Assembly (NCBI GenBank): GCA_963734895.1
Contig: CAVTIN010000004.1
Location: 360,889-424,888 of the forward strand
Source: an uncultured Chloroflexia bacterium
GTDB lineage: Bacteria > Chloroflexota > Limnocylindria > Limnocylindrales > CSP1-4
DNA: 64,000 bases
Direction: 5' to 3'
A program made the translations under genes and the position numbers. Of the stretch, positions 8,936-18,047 are shown in pieces (the first letter of the stretch is position 1; each line of letters starts with the position of its first letter). The notes under the pieces are model-generated. The model was not told the DNA's origin. It ran no database searches and saw nothing but the letters and a program-made list of their open reading frames with translations.

Positions 8936-11596
8936 TCAACCCGCCTCGCGCTCGGGTTCCCGGCCGCGGATCGGCATGCCGAGGACCGAGGAAAGCTCGC
9001 GCCTGCCCGCGACGCCGAGCTTCCCGTAGACGGCGCCAAGATGGTTGTCGACCGTGCGAACGGAGATCCGCAGCCGGTGTCCGATCTCGCTCGACGATCT
9101 CCCCTCGGCCGCGAGCAACGCGATCTGGAGCTCGCGCGCCGTGAGCGGCACGGCAGTCGTCGTCGCGAGTGGGGGCGTCACCACACCGGGCAGATTCGAA
9201 GAGATCAGGCTCGCTCGCGCGGCGGCCATCCGCGCAGGGACCGGCGCCCCGGCTCGCAGGTGGGCGTCATGCGCATGGGCAGCCGATTCCGCCGCGCACA
9301 GCATGTTCCCCATTCGCTCGAACGCCACCGACACGCGGTCCAGCGCCTTGCCGTCTCCCTCGGCAAGTGCCTCGGCATGCTGGGCCATCGTCGCCACGAG
9401 CTCGCCCTCGACAGATCGGGCAAGCCCGGCCAGCCGGTCTCGAACCAGCTCCGGGTACCCGAGACGGACGGCATCGTGGTACGACCAGGCCGCCCAGACC
9501 AGGTGCGTATCGCTCGCGGCGCGATCGCCGGCAGCCTGGGCCAGGAGGGCGGCTGCGGCCGGTCCCTCCCGGCCCCAGGTGGTCCAGGTGGTGGCGCGGT
9601 CGAACTGGATCCTCGACCGCGCGTCGCGAACCAGGTGCTCGTCGACGATCTCCTGGTGGAACGCACGCGCGTCCTCGTGACGCCCCAGCCACGAGGCCAC
9701 GACGGCCGCGACCCCGGCCTGGATGCCGCGAATCGAGAAGGTATCGCGCTCCCGCGACACCGCCAGCGCCTCGAGGAGGGTCTGCAGGCTCCCGTCGATG
9801 TCACCGGCGAGCATCTGGCCCTCCGCGAGGATCATCGCCCACATCCCCGCCACCTCGGCGGCCCCGGATTCGATGGCTGCCCGCCGACCTGCCTCGCACA
9901 GCGCAATCGAATCGGACAGCTGCCCCACGTAGGCATGCGCCATTGCGCGGTTGATCAGGAGAATGTCCTGCGCGAGCGGCACCTCCTCGCGCACCTGCGG
10001 GGCATGCTCCAGGGCGCGGGTCACCTGGGTCTCCGCGTCCTCGAACCTGCCGAGCATGACGTTGGCAATGCTCGAGTACATCAGGGTATGGACCACCGTC
10101 CGGGGCCCGGCCGTCGGCCGGAGCGCCAGTCGCTCCCCGATTGCCGCGACGCCGGGGAGGTCACCCGCGCCAGTCCGGAACAGCACGAGCAGCGAGTCGA
10201 TCTCGTCGCGCCAGTCCTCGTCGTCGACCCGGGCGGCCGCCGCTTCGAGGATCGTCGACGCTTCGGCCGGGCGGCCGGCCCGGAAGCCGATCAGGTTTGC
10301 CCGCGCGAGCGCGACCGCCGAGATATCCGCGTCGGTGCTCGCAACCGACGCGGCCCGGGCGAGTGCGCGCTCGGCATCCTCGATACGCTGCTGCGCGGCC
10401 ATCGCCCGACCCAGCGCGAGCTGCGCGGCGATGTTGTCCGGTTCCTCGCCCAGCACCGCGCGGGCGAGCCGTTCCGCGAGCGGTGCGTCGAACGCGGCCA
10501 GGGCATGCCCGGCCGCCCCGAGGGCCCGTGCCGCGGGCATGTGTCCGCCCCCGTCCAGCCGCCACAGCGCGAGCCGCAGGAGATCATCGCGCCGCCGCGC
10601 GCCCGTCGCCTCGAGCATGTCGGCCAGCCAACGCCTGATGCGACGTGCGCGGGTCGGTGGCAATGCCGCGGCAACGACGTCGGCGTAGATCGGGTGGGCG
10701 AGGCGAACGCGCTGGCGGTTCCCGCTGCGATCGATCTCCACCAGGCGCCGATCGTCGAGCCGCTCCAGGGCGTCTGGATCGTCGAGCTTCTCGAGCATCC
10801 GAAGGTCGACCCACCCACCGACGGCGATGGCCTCGACGACGCGTCGTTCGGCTGCATCGAGGCGACCCAGCCGCCCCTCGACGAGCTGGCTCAGTCGCTC
10901 CGAGGGCACGAGCCCATCGAGCGCCCGCCAGCCGCTCCCGGCCCGGACGAGCATCCGGCTCTCCAGTCCGCCGAGCACGAGCTCGCGAAGGAACATCGGA
11001 TTGCCACCGGAGCGATGCCACAGCGTGGATCTCGTCAACGGCTCGACCGGCCCGCCGAGGGCGATCTCGAGCAGCTGGCCGGTCTCCTCCTCGGACAGCG
11101 GCTCCACCCGCACCCGCTCCAGCAGCCCGTCCTTCCAGAGCTCCGTCAGGTCCGCTGCTGCCTGGTTGCCCGGACGCCGCGTGATGATCACGAACGCGTC
11201 CGACCTCGCGACCAGGCCGCGCACCAGCGCGGCGGAGTGACTGTCGAGCAGGTGCGCGTCGTCGATGGCGAGGACAATTCGACCGGCGTGGCCGGACTGT
11301 CGCGTGAGCTCCGCAAGCAGCCCGGCGAGCAGCTGACGCTCGTCGGTCGCGCCGGTCGGGAGCGAAATGAGGTGCACGAACGCACCAAACGGAATGTCCG
11401 ATGTGGCGCGCGAGGCGACGATCCACGTCGTTGCCATGCCCGCGCGCAGCGGCTCTCGCCGACCAGCTCGACGGGCGAGCCGGCTCTTGCCCACGCCGTC
11501 CTCGCCGACGATCTCGATCCCGCGGGCATCCTCTTGGGCCAGGAGTCTGCCGAGACGGAGCAGGGTCGAGTCGCGGCCGATGAGCGGCCACTCCAT
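8936..11596 (-). CDS. large ATP-binding LuxR-family (LAL/MalT-like) transcriptional regulator
   Basis: 886 aa. N-terminal Walker A (GEDGVGKSRLA), a long helical-repeat middle region, and a C-terminal LuxR HTH (LTARELQIALLAAEGRSSSEIGHRLRISVRTVDNHLGAVYGKLGV). Confidence 0.85.
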   Translation of the reverse strand: MEWPLIGRDSTLLRLGRLLAQEDARGIEIVGEDGVGKSRLARRAGRREPLRAGMATTWIVASRATSDIPFGAFVHLISLPTGATDERQLLAGLLAELTRQSGHAGRIVLAIDDAHLLDSHSAALVRGLVARSDAFVIITRRPGNQAAADLTELWKDGLLERVRVEPLSEEETGQLLEIALGGPVEPLTRSTLWHRSGGNPMFLRELVLGGLESRMLVRAGSGWRALDGLVPSERLSQLVEGRLGRLDAAERRVVEAIAVGGWVDLRMLEKLDDPDALERLDDRRLVEIDRSGNRQRVRLAHPIYADVVAAALPPTRARRIRRWLADMLEATGARRRDDLLRLALWRLDGGGHMPAARALGAAGHALAAFDAPLAERLARAVLGEEPDNIAAQLALGRAMAAQQRIEDAERALARAASVASTDADISAVALARANLIGFRAGRPAEASTILEAAAARVDDEDWRDEIDSLLVLFRTGAGDLPGVAAIGERLALRPTAGPRTVVHTLMYSSIANVMLGRFEDAETQVTRALEHAPQVREEVPLAQDILLINRAMAHAYVGQLSDSIALCEAGRRAAIESGAAEVAGMWAMILAEGQMLAGDIDGSLQTLLEALAVSRERDTFSIRGIQAGVAAVVASWLGRHEDARAFHQEIVDEHLVRDARSRIQFDRATTWTTWGREGPAAAALLAQAAGDRAASDTHLVWAAWSYHDAVRLGYPELVRDRLAGLARSVEGELVATMAQHAEALAEGDGKALDRVSVAFERMGNMLCAAESAAHAHDAHLRAGAPVPARMAAARASLISSNLPGVVTPPLATTTAVPLTARELQIALLAAEGRSSSEIGHRLRISVRTVDNHLGAVYGKLGVAGRRELSSVLGMPIRGREPEREAG

Positions 11597-11705
11597 CTCG
11601 CGATCCTAACCGACCGATTGTTCGCCGAACACCCGCGTGAGTAGTCCACTACTCATGACAGCCCCCGCATGACATCGCAGGGTCACTTGGACAGGCCCAA
11701 GTTCG

Positions 11706-12320
11706 ATGGAGGTCGAGGTGTCGTCACGCAAGGGGTTCGCCGCACTTGCGGTGCTCGTATTGGTGCTCGCCGCGTGCGGCACAAGTGCCAATCAGTCGTC
11801 GCAGGGGGCGTCCGAGGGGATCGCCGTCCACGGTCATTGGACGGTGGATGTCGTGGATCCGGATGGTCGGCTTGCCACCCACAGCACATTCGAGAACGCC
11901 CTTGACTCTGCGGGGGCTCGTGCCCTCGGATTGATCCTCGGGCGTGGCGCCCAGGTGGTGGATCCTGGCTGGGCAATCGCCCTCGGGACAAACCCCTTGA
12001 ACCCGGATTCTGCACCCTGCCTTCCGCCTGGCGGGACGCCAGACGATTGCGTGGTGGCCGAGCCCGGGATGACAGGTTTCCCCCTGCCCGTGTCCTCGTT
12101 CAACCTCCAGGTGACCAGCACCAGCGACGGGCTTGATCTGGAAGGATCCGTCATCGCCACTCGCACCGGGGCCATCGGGATCGTGAAGACGTTGGTCGTT
12201 CTCAGCGATGGAGGGACATACCTCTTCACCCTCAAGGAGGTCTTCGCCGACAGCGGGGCTCAAATCAATGTTGACGCGGGCCAGAGCATCGAGATCACCG
12301 TGTCGCTGACCTTCTCGTAG
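11706..12320 (+). CDS. putative lipoprotein
   Basis: 204 aa with a signal peptide and lipobox (ALAVLVLVLAAC GTS). No family recognised. Confidence 0.6.
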   Translation: MEVEVSSRKGFAALAVLVLVLAACGTSANQSSQGASEGIAVHGHWTVDVVDPDGRLATHSTFENALDSAGARALGLILGRGAQVVDPGWAIALGTNPLNPDSAPCLPPGGTPDDCVVAEPGMTGFPLPVSSFNLQVTSTSDGLDLEGSVIATRTGAIGIVKTLVVLSDGGTYLFTLKEVFADSGAQINVDAGQSIEITVSLTFS

Positions 12321-12357
12321 GGTGTTTGCAGAAGAGGTCGCAGGGTACTGACAAGCC

Positions 12358-15300
12358 GTGGCCACCCGGCATCGCGCAGTCGCATGGACCCGCCGCCGTG
12401 CGGGTCTGCCTCTCGCCGCAGTGATCCTTGCGTCGGGGATGAGCGGCACGATCCTTCTCCCCGCCGTGGATGCCTCGTCGCCAAACGACACCACCTCCAC
12501 CACAGGCGTCCATCTCCTCCAGATCCCGGGCCTCTTCGGTGGCACCGCAACCGCGATCAACGCCGATGGCTGGGTGGTGGGTACCGCACGCTTCAGCTCC
12601 GCCCCCTCGAATCAGGCATTCCTCTGGAAGGCGAAAGGCTCCACGGTTCCGCTGATCGAGCCTGAGCCAGGGGTCGTCTTCGACAGCGGCGCCAACGACA
12701 TCAACGATCACGGCGAGGTCGTCGGTTGGTTCGACAATGCGGTGACCAACGCCAAGGGTGCCTTTCGTTGGAGCGGCTCGGGGCCGTACGAAGACCTGGG
12801 CATCGTGCCGGGCACCCAGGCGGGCGGGACCATCGAGGCGAAAGCAATCGACAACGGTGGCAATGTCGTCGGCTGGTACCTCGCCGCTCCGGGAGCGTGT
12901 GGTCTCTACACGGGGGCCACAAGCGGGACATGCAGCTTCTATGCGCGCCAGGGTGACACGGGATCCTCCATCGGCAGCATCGGCGTGGTCGATGACGGAA
13001 GCTCCACCGGAGTGAAGTTCCTTGCCACGGACGTTGCGCTGTGGGACGGCGTGGACGGCGTCGTCACGGGGACAGCCGGCGGCCATGGCTACAGTTGGGT
13101 CGGATTCGACCTCCGTTCGAACGCCTTCGAACCGTTCACCGATGCCGGGATTGTCAATGCGGTGAGCAGCAACCTGTACTTCGCGGGCAGCACGGAGACG
13201 GTCGATGGGACCCGTGCCGGGATCTGGTCCGGTGACAACAGCGCCCCGATCTTCGTCCTGCCGACCCTCGGCGGTTCGTTCAGCCAGGCGAATGCGATCA
13301 ACGGATCTGGAGCGGTGGTCGGATCGAGTGAGACGGCGAGTGGTGAGACGCACGCCTTCCTCTGGACGCCGGATGACGGCATGACCGACCTTGGAACGCT
13401 TGGCGGCACCTCGAGCACGGCATTCGGCATTAACGACGCCGGTCTGATCGTCGGCCAGGCCACGTACGCGGGCTCGACCCTGCAGCACCCGGTGGTGTGG
13501 GACGTGGCTGGGACATTCCATCCGGACTTCCCGCCCGAAATCGGTCCGATCTCGCCCAAGACGGTCGCCCCGGGCGAGGCGCTCAGCATCACGCCGACCA
13601 TCACCGATCCCGAAGCCGACCCGTTCACGGTCGCCTGGTCCGATCTGCCCGCCGGCGCCACTCAGGTCGGCAACAGCCTCGAATGGACACCGACCGAGGC
13701 CGACGTCGGGACCTACCAGGTCACGGTCACCGCCGTCGAGGATGGGGACGCTGCCGTCTTCAGCTCGCTGACGGTGGCCATCAATGTCAGTGCCGGGGTA
13801 CGCCTCGGTCCGATCGGGGACAAGGTCGCCACCGTGGGCGTGGAGCTCACGTTCACCGCGACCGCAACGGCTCCTGCCCCGTATTCCCTGACCTATGGGC
13901 TGGCCGGTGGCACATTGGCGCTACCCGGGCCACCCCCGGTCGGCGCCACGATCGATCCGACGACGGGCGCCTTCTCGTGGACGCCAACCCTCGCCCAGGA
14001 AGGGGACCATCCGCTCGTCGTGATCGTTTCGGACCTCTTTTCCGGGTCTTCCGATTACGAGGAGTTCACCGTCGCGGTTCTCCCGGAAGGGCCGGTGAAC
14101 ACGCCGCCGACCGCGGATGCCGGGACGGACCAGACGGTGCTCGTCGGCGACCTCGTCACGCTCGATGGCTCCGCCTCAACCGACGCGGATTCCGACCCGC
14201 TCTCGTACGCGTGGACCCTCGTCTCCGCCCCCAGCGGCTCGACTGCTGCGCTATCGGCGAGCGACACCGCGGCGCCCTGCTTCACTCCAGATGTCGCGGG
14301 TGACTACAGCGTCCAGCTGACGGTCGACGACGGGAACGGTGAGACCGATTCGGACTTGGTCGTCGTGCATGCCGCCGACGCACCCACGGTGGTGGTCATC
14401 ACGATCGGCGAGGCCATCGGCGTGACCGACGCCGTGACTGTCCGGCCACCCGTGGTCATCACGATCGGCGAGGCCATCGGCGTGACCGACGCCGTGACTG
14501 TCCGGCCACCCGTGGTCATCACGATCGGCGAGGCCATCGGCGTGACCGACGCCGTGACTGTCCGGCCACCCGTGGTCATCACGATCGGCGAGGCCATCGG
14601 CGTGACCGACGCCGTGACTGTCCGGCCACCCGTGGTCATCACGATCGGCGAGGCCATCGGCGTGACCGACGCCGTGACTGTCCGGCCACCCGTGGTCATC
14701 ACGATCGGCGAGGCCATCGGCGTGACCGACGCCGTGACTGTCCGGCCACCCGTGGTCATCACGATCGGCGAGGCCATCGGCGTGACCGACGCCGTCACTG
14801 TTTCGGTCCCAACCCTCACCGTCGATCTCGGCGCGTTGTACGACGAGCTTGGGAACCCGACCACCCATGTGTTGGTGGGCGACGACGTCACGCTGATCGG
14901 TGGCGGGTTCGATCCGAACGCCGCGGCGACCGTCGAAATCCGTTCGGATCCGATCCAGCTCGGCACGACGATGGCCGACGACGTGGGCAACATCTCGGTC
15001 CTGGTCACGATCCCGGTCCTGCCGGCCGGCGAGCACACGCTTGCGGCGGTCGGCACGGTGGACGGTCATCCGCACGAGGTGCAGGTTCAGATCACCGTGC
15101 TCAGCCTTGCGGCGGTCGACCTGAGCGACAACAACCCGATCGCGGTCCCCGTCTCCGAGCCGGGCGGTGACAGTGAGCCGTTCGAGCTGACATTCACGGT
15201 CGGCGAGGTCTATCCGGGCCTGGTCAGCGGTGGCCTCGCCGCTGCGGAGGTCGGGCTGTCGCTGGAGCCGGTGGGCCCCGGCTCAACGGTCCAGGCCGAC

Positions 15301-15909
15301 TCGTGCACGACGTCGCTCGACGACGAGCTCGAGGTGACGTGCCGGTTCTCGGACGTACCGGTCAACACGTATGCAGCGGTCGCCAGCGTGGGTGGCCTCT
15401 ACCTGGGCTCCGACGAGGACGTCCTCGTGGTCTATGACCCGAGCCTGGGCTTCACCACCGGCGGCGGTTGGTTCAATTGGCCGGGGACCGGGGACCGCAC
15501 GACCTTCGGCTACACCATGAAGTACAACAAGAAGGGAACGAATTTGAAAGGCAACCTCCTCCTCATCCGGCACCTGCCGGATGGCACGAACTATCGGTTG
15601 AAGTCCAACGCCCTTGACGGCCTCGCCCTGTCCGATCCGTCTGCGGACTTCGGCTGGGCCACCTTCAGCGGCAAGGCGACGTACCAGGAGCCCGGCTGGC
15701 CGGAGCCCGTCGGCAACTACCGCTTCGTGGTCTACGTCGAGGATCACGACACACCCGGCGCGGGCGGGGATCGCTTCTGGATCAGCGTGACCGATGGCGG
15801 TGGCAACCCGGCCGCTCTCTCGATGACCGGCCGTGCGGTCGACGAGGCTGCGCTCCTCGGTGGCGGCAACGTCGCCGTTCCGCACGGAACGCATCGCGGG
15901 AAGAAGTGA
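12358..15909 (+). CDS. large secreted multidomain surface protein (HAF-type repeats, Ig/cadherin-like, PKD-like, 20-aa tandem repeats, conserved C-terminal beta domain)
   Basis: 1183 aa with an N-terminal signal sequence. Contents:
- repeated ..IN..G.VVG.. THAFLW.. modules (HAF extracellular repeat style)
- LEWTPTEADVGTYQVTVTA (putative Ig/cadherin-like)
- NTPPTADAGTDQTV..GSASTDADSDPLSYAWT (PKD-like)
- seven VVITIGEAIGVTDAVTV units
- a C-terminal TGGGWF...FGYTMKYNKKGTNLKGNLL module. Confidence 0.8.
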   Translation: MATRHRAVAWTRRRAGLPLAAVILASGMSGTILLPAVDASSPNDTTSTTGVHLLQIPGLFGGTATAINADGWVVGTARFSSAPSNQAFLWKAKGSTVPLIEPEPGVVFDSGANDINDHGEVVGWFDNAVTNAKGAFRWSGSGPYEDLGIVPGTQAGGTIEAKAIDNGGNVVGWYLAAPGACGLYTGATSGTCSFYARQGDTGSSIGSIGVVDDGSSTGVKFLATDVALWDGVDGVVTGTAGGHGYSWVGFDLRSNAFEPFTDAGIVNAVSSNLYFAGSTETVDGTRAGIWSGDNSAPIFVLPTLGGSFSQANAINGSGAVVGSSETASGETHAFLWTPDDGMTDLGTLGGTSSTAFGINDAGLIVGQATYAGSTLQHPVVWDVAGTFHPDFPPEIGPISPKTVAPGEALSITPTITDPEADPFTVAWSDLPAGATQVGNSLEWTPTEADVGTYQVTVTAVEDGDAAVFSSLTVAINVSAGVRLGPIGDKVATVGVELTFTATATAPAPYSLTYGLAGGTLALPGPPPVGATIDPTTGAFSWTPTLAQEGDHPLVVIVSDLFSGSSDYEEFTVAVLPEGPVNTPPTADAGTDQTVLVGDLVTLDGSASTDADSDPLSYAWTLVSAPSGSTAALSASDTAAPCFTPDVAGDYSVQLTVDDGNGETDSDLVVVHAADAPTVVVITIGEAIGVTDAVTVRPPVVITIGEAIGVTDAVTVRPPVVITIGEAIGVTDAVTVRPPVVITIGEAIGVTDAVTVRPPVVITIGEAIGVTDAVTVRPPVVITIGEAIGVTDAVTVRPPVVITIGEAIGVTDAVTVSVPTLTVDLGALYDELGNPTTHVLVGDDVTLIGGGFDPNAAATVEIRSDPIQLGTTMADDVGNISVLVTIPVLPAGEHTLAAVGTVDGHPHEVQVQITVLSLAAVDLSDNNPIAVPVSEPGGDSEPFELTFTVGEVYPGLVSGGLAAAEVGLSLEPVGPGSTVQADSCTTSLDDELEVTCRFSDVPVNTYAAVASVGGLYLGSDEDVLVVYDPSLGFTTGGGWFNWPGTGDRTTFGYTMKYNKKGTNLKGNLLLIRHLPDGTNYRLKSNALDGLALSDPSADFGWATFSGKATYQEPGWPEPVGNYRFVVYVEDHDTPGAGGDRFWISVTDGGGNPAALSMTGRAVDEAALLGGGNVAVPHGTHRGKK
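14392..14800 (+). repeat. 60-bp tandem repeat, six identical copies plus a diverging seventh, in frame within the CDS
   Basis: The unit gtggtcatcacgatcggcgaggccatcggcgtgaccgacgccgtgactgtccggccaccc repeats with no substitution. Sequence lines 14401-14701 are identical. It encodes VVITIGEAIGVTDAVTVRPP. Confidence 0.95.
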
Positions 15910-15911
15910 TC

Positions 15912-16181
15912 ATGGCAAGGTGGTCGCTACGCCTGACGCTGCTCGCAACGATCCTGACGACGACTGCCTGTGGTGCGCCGCAGGCCACGCCGAGCGAGGC
16001 TCCCGGCTCGCGGCAAGATATACCCACCGTGACGCCGGCGCCCACGACCCTGGCAGCGGTCTCGCCAACCCCGGCACCAGTCGGCCGGCCGAGCCACGCC
16101 GGTGAGGCAACTGGCGGGGGAGGGATGGGGGAGGCCGTCGGTGTGACCGACCACGTGACGATCGTGGTCACGGATCCGTAG
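15912..16181 (+). CDS. small lipoprotein ending in one copy of the GEA(I/V)GVTD.VT motif
   Basis: Signal peptide and lipobox (LLATILTTTAC GAP), a Pro/Thr/Ala linker, and the C-terminus GEAVGVTDHVTIVVTDP. The start overlaps or abuts the stop of the 1183-aa gene; a GTG at 15906 is also possible. Confidence 0.55.
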   Translation: MARWSLRLTLLATILTTTACGAPQATPSEAPGSRQDIPTVTPAPTTLAAVSPTPAPVGRPSHAGEATGGGGMGEAVGVTDHVTIVVTDP

Positions 16182-16217
16182 CGACGAGGTCCAAGACCTC
16201 GTTCTGGGCGTCAGAAG

Positions 16218-16796
16218 GTGAGAGCCGCGCCCTTGTGGGCAGGAAGGGAGATCCCGGTGTCGATCTCGCAGCGGGCGAAGCGTCTGCTCGTTGTCCTCGT
16301 CGCGGGCCTGGCGTTGTCCGCGTGCACGAGTGCGCCCGCCACCAGTCTTGACTCGGGAGCGTCGCAACCCACGGGGAGCGGTACCGAAACCAATGGCCCT
16401 GCAACCGAGCCCACGCCGCGCGCGACGGCGACGGCGACGCCGCAGGCTGGCGAGTCAGCCGGTGCGAGCGTGTCCGGTGATGCCAAATCGAGCATGTCCG
16501 GTGACTGGAGAGGCACCGTGGTCGAGAGCACGGGCTCGCAGGGGATCAAGTTCGTGCTCCTGGAGATCGCGGGGACGATCAGCGGCGACGTCCTGTACGA
16601 ACACGGCAAGGTGGACAACGGGGTCACGGGCACCTGGGATGGCGATACGCTCACGCTTGTCTACAAGGCACGCACCACCGACCTGACGACGACGTACGAG
16701 GGCACGGTCTCCGGCGGCACCTTCAGCGGCACGGTCTCGAGGGAGATCGGAGGCCAGTCGGCACCCGGCGGCAAGTTCGAGGTCACCAGGAAGTAG
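16218..16796 (+). CDS. putative lipoprotein
   Basis: 192-aa ORF with lipobox LVAGLALSAC TSA, a low-complexity linker, then a Gly/Thr-rich beta-looking domain. The true start is probably an internal codon. Confidence 0.6.
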   Translation: MRAAPLWAGREIPVSISQRAKRLLVVLVAGLALSACTSAPATSLDSGASQPTGSGTETNGPATEPTPRATATATPQAGESAGASVSGDAKSSMSGDWRGTVVESTGSQGIKFVLLEIAGTISGDVLYEHGKVDNGVTGTWDGDTLTLVYKARTTDLTTTYEGTVSGGTFSGTVSREIGGQSAPGGKFEVTRK

Positions 16797-16860
16797 GCAT
16801 TCCTGCGTCGTGACCTCCAAGCGCCACGATGAGCCCTGATCAAACCGCCGGTCCGCGCGA

Positions 16861-17064
16861 TCAGCGCGCGGGCGGCGGCCGGTGGGCGGCGCAGAGCTGG
16901 CCGCCGCCGATCACGGTTGCACGGCAGCGCTGCCCGTCGGCTCGTGTCGCCGTGCACCGGCGGCGTCGATACCGCGGGTCGAACCAGCGCGGCGCGAGCC
17001 ACGCGATGAGGCGACGAAGCGCCGACATCGGCCGATCATGGGCCGGGCAGGCGTGCCCGGCCAC
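16861..17064 (-). CDS. hypothetical small Cys/Arg-rich protein
   Basis: GC3-biased ORF with the motif RCTATRADGQRCRATVIGGGQLCAAH (C..C..C..H spacing, possibly metal binding). The start may be the internal ATG at 17028. Confidence 0.3.
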   Translation of the reverse strand: MAGHACPAHDRPMSALRRLIAWLAPRWFDPRYRRRRCTATRADGQRCRATVIGGGQLCAAHRPPPAR

Positions 17065-17069
17065 CGGGC

Positions 17070-17444
17070 TCAGCCGAAGAAGTCGGCGATCGCCTTCGTG
17101 TCGTCGGAGAACGCCCAGCGTTCGGTCACCCGGCCGTCGCGGACGTGATAGATCTCGGCCGTGCGGTAGGTCAGCGATTGGCCGCCGTGCGTTGCGTGCG
17201 CCGTGCCCAGCGCGATCACGTGATCGTCATTCGCGACGACGTCGTGGATCTCGTAGCTGATGTCGTAGCCCTCGAAGTCGGCCATCGACCCGGCCAGCTC
17301 AGCCTTGCCGTTGCGGGGCTCGGCTCGCCCGATCTCGTGCCACACGACGTCCTCTGACACGCGGCTGGCGGCGCCCTCCATGTCGCCGCTGTTCATCGCC
17401 TCGTTCATCTCGCGAACGACCTTCGCGTTCGGGTGTTCTGACAT
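17070..17444 (-). CDS. SnoaL-like / NTF2-fold protein
   Basis: 124 aa, beginning NAKVVREMNEAMNSGDMEGAASRVSEDVVWHE and ending VRDGRVTERWAFSDD, which is a typical SnoaL-like pattern. Confidence 0.7.
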   Translation of the reverse strand: MSEHPNAKVVREMNEAMNSGDMEGAASRVSEDVVWHEIGRAEPRNGKAELAGSMADFEGYDISYEIHDVVANDDHVIALGTAHATHGGQSLTYRTAEIYHVRDGRVTERWAFSDDTKAIADFFG

Positions 17445-17573
17445 GCTCGCCCTCCATCAAGCCGGCGCGCGGACGACGAATGCGCGCGAATGGACGCCGC
17501 CGACTCATGTGCCTCAAGCCTATGCCCCCTGGCTACCCCAACGGCCCCGGGGGTCAGTCGGTGGCCGACGCCG

Positions 17574-17999
17574 TCAGCCGTACTGGCTGAGCTCCAGGAG
17601 GTGGCCGTCCGGGTCGCGCGTGAAGCACCGCGTCTCGAGCCCGTTGACCACCGGCGGCGTGAGGAATGCCGCCCCGCGCGCGAGCAGCTCCCGGTACACC
17701 GCTTGGCAATCCGACACCCGGATCGTCATCGCGTGACTGACGGAGGCGGGATCCACGGGTGGGGCGAACGTCACGTCCGGCTTGTCGGGCGTCGGCCCGC
17801 CACCCGTTACCAGCAGCAGCCAGCTTCCACCGAGCTGGAGGACGGCCGACGTTCCGCCGTACTCGCGGTTCAGCGTGGCGCCGACAACCGACACCCACCA
17901 GGTCCGGGCACGCTCGAGGTCGCTGACGACCAGGATGTGGGTCATCTCGATACCGGTTTCGGGGAACCGCGGCGTCACGGTCGGGCCAGTCGGGTTCAT
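17574..17999 (-). CDS. VOC (glyoxalase/bleomycin-resistance) family protein
   Basis: 141 aa, with HILVVSDLERARTWW.. near the start and ..RCFTRDPDGHLLELSQ at the end. Confidence 0.7.
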   Translation of the reverse strand: MNPTGPTVTPRFPETGIEMTHILVVSDLERARTWWVSVVGATLNREYGGTSAVLQLGGSWLLLVTGGGPTPDKPDVTFAPPVDPASVSHAMTIRVSDCQAVYRELLARGAAFLTPPVVNGLETRCFTRDPDGHLLELSQYG

Positions 18000-18047
18000 C
18001 GAGTTCTCCTTGGCGGCATCCGGTTGGCGGCGACGGGCGTATCCGGC

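Noticed and set aside
9041-11644. 867-aa ORF on the plus strand
   Set aside because: It lies antisense to the clearly motif-bearing LuxR/LAL gene and has a low-complexity Arg/Gly/Pro composition.
14392-14800. Regular 60-bp repeats considered as a possible CRISPR array
   Set aside because: The copies are directly adjacent with no spacers, they are in frame inside a long CDS, and no cas genes are present.
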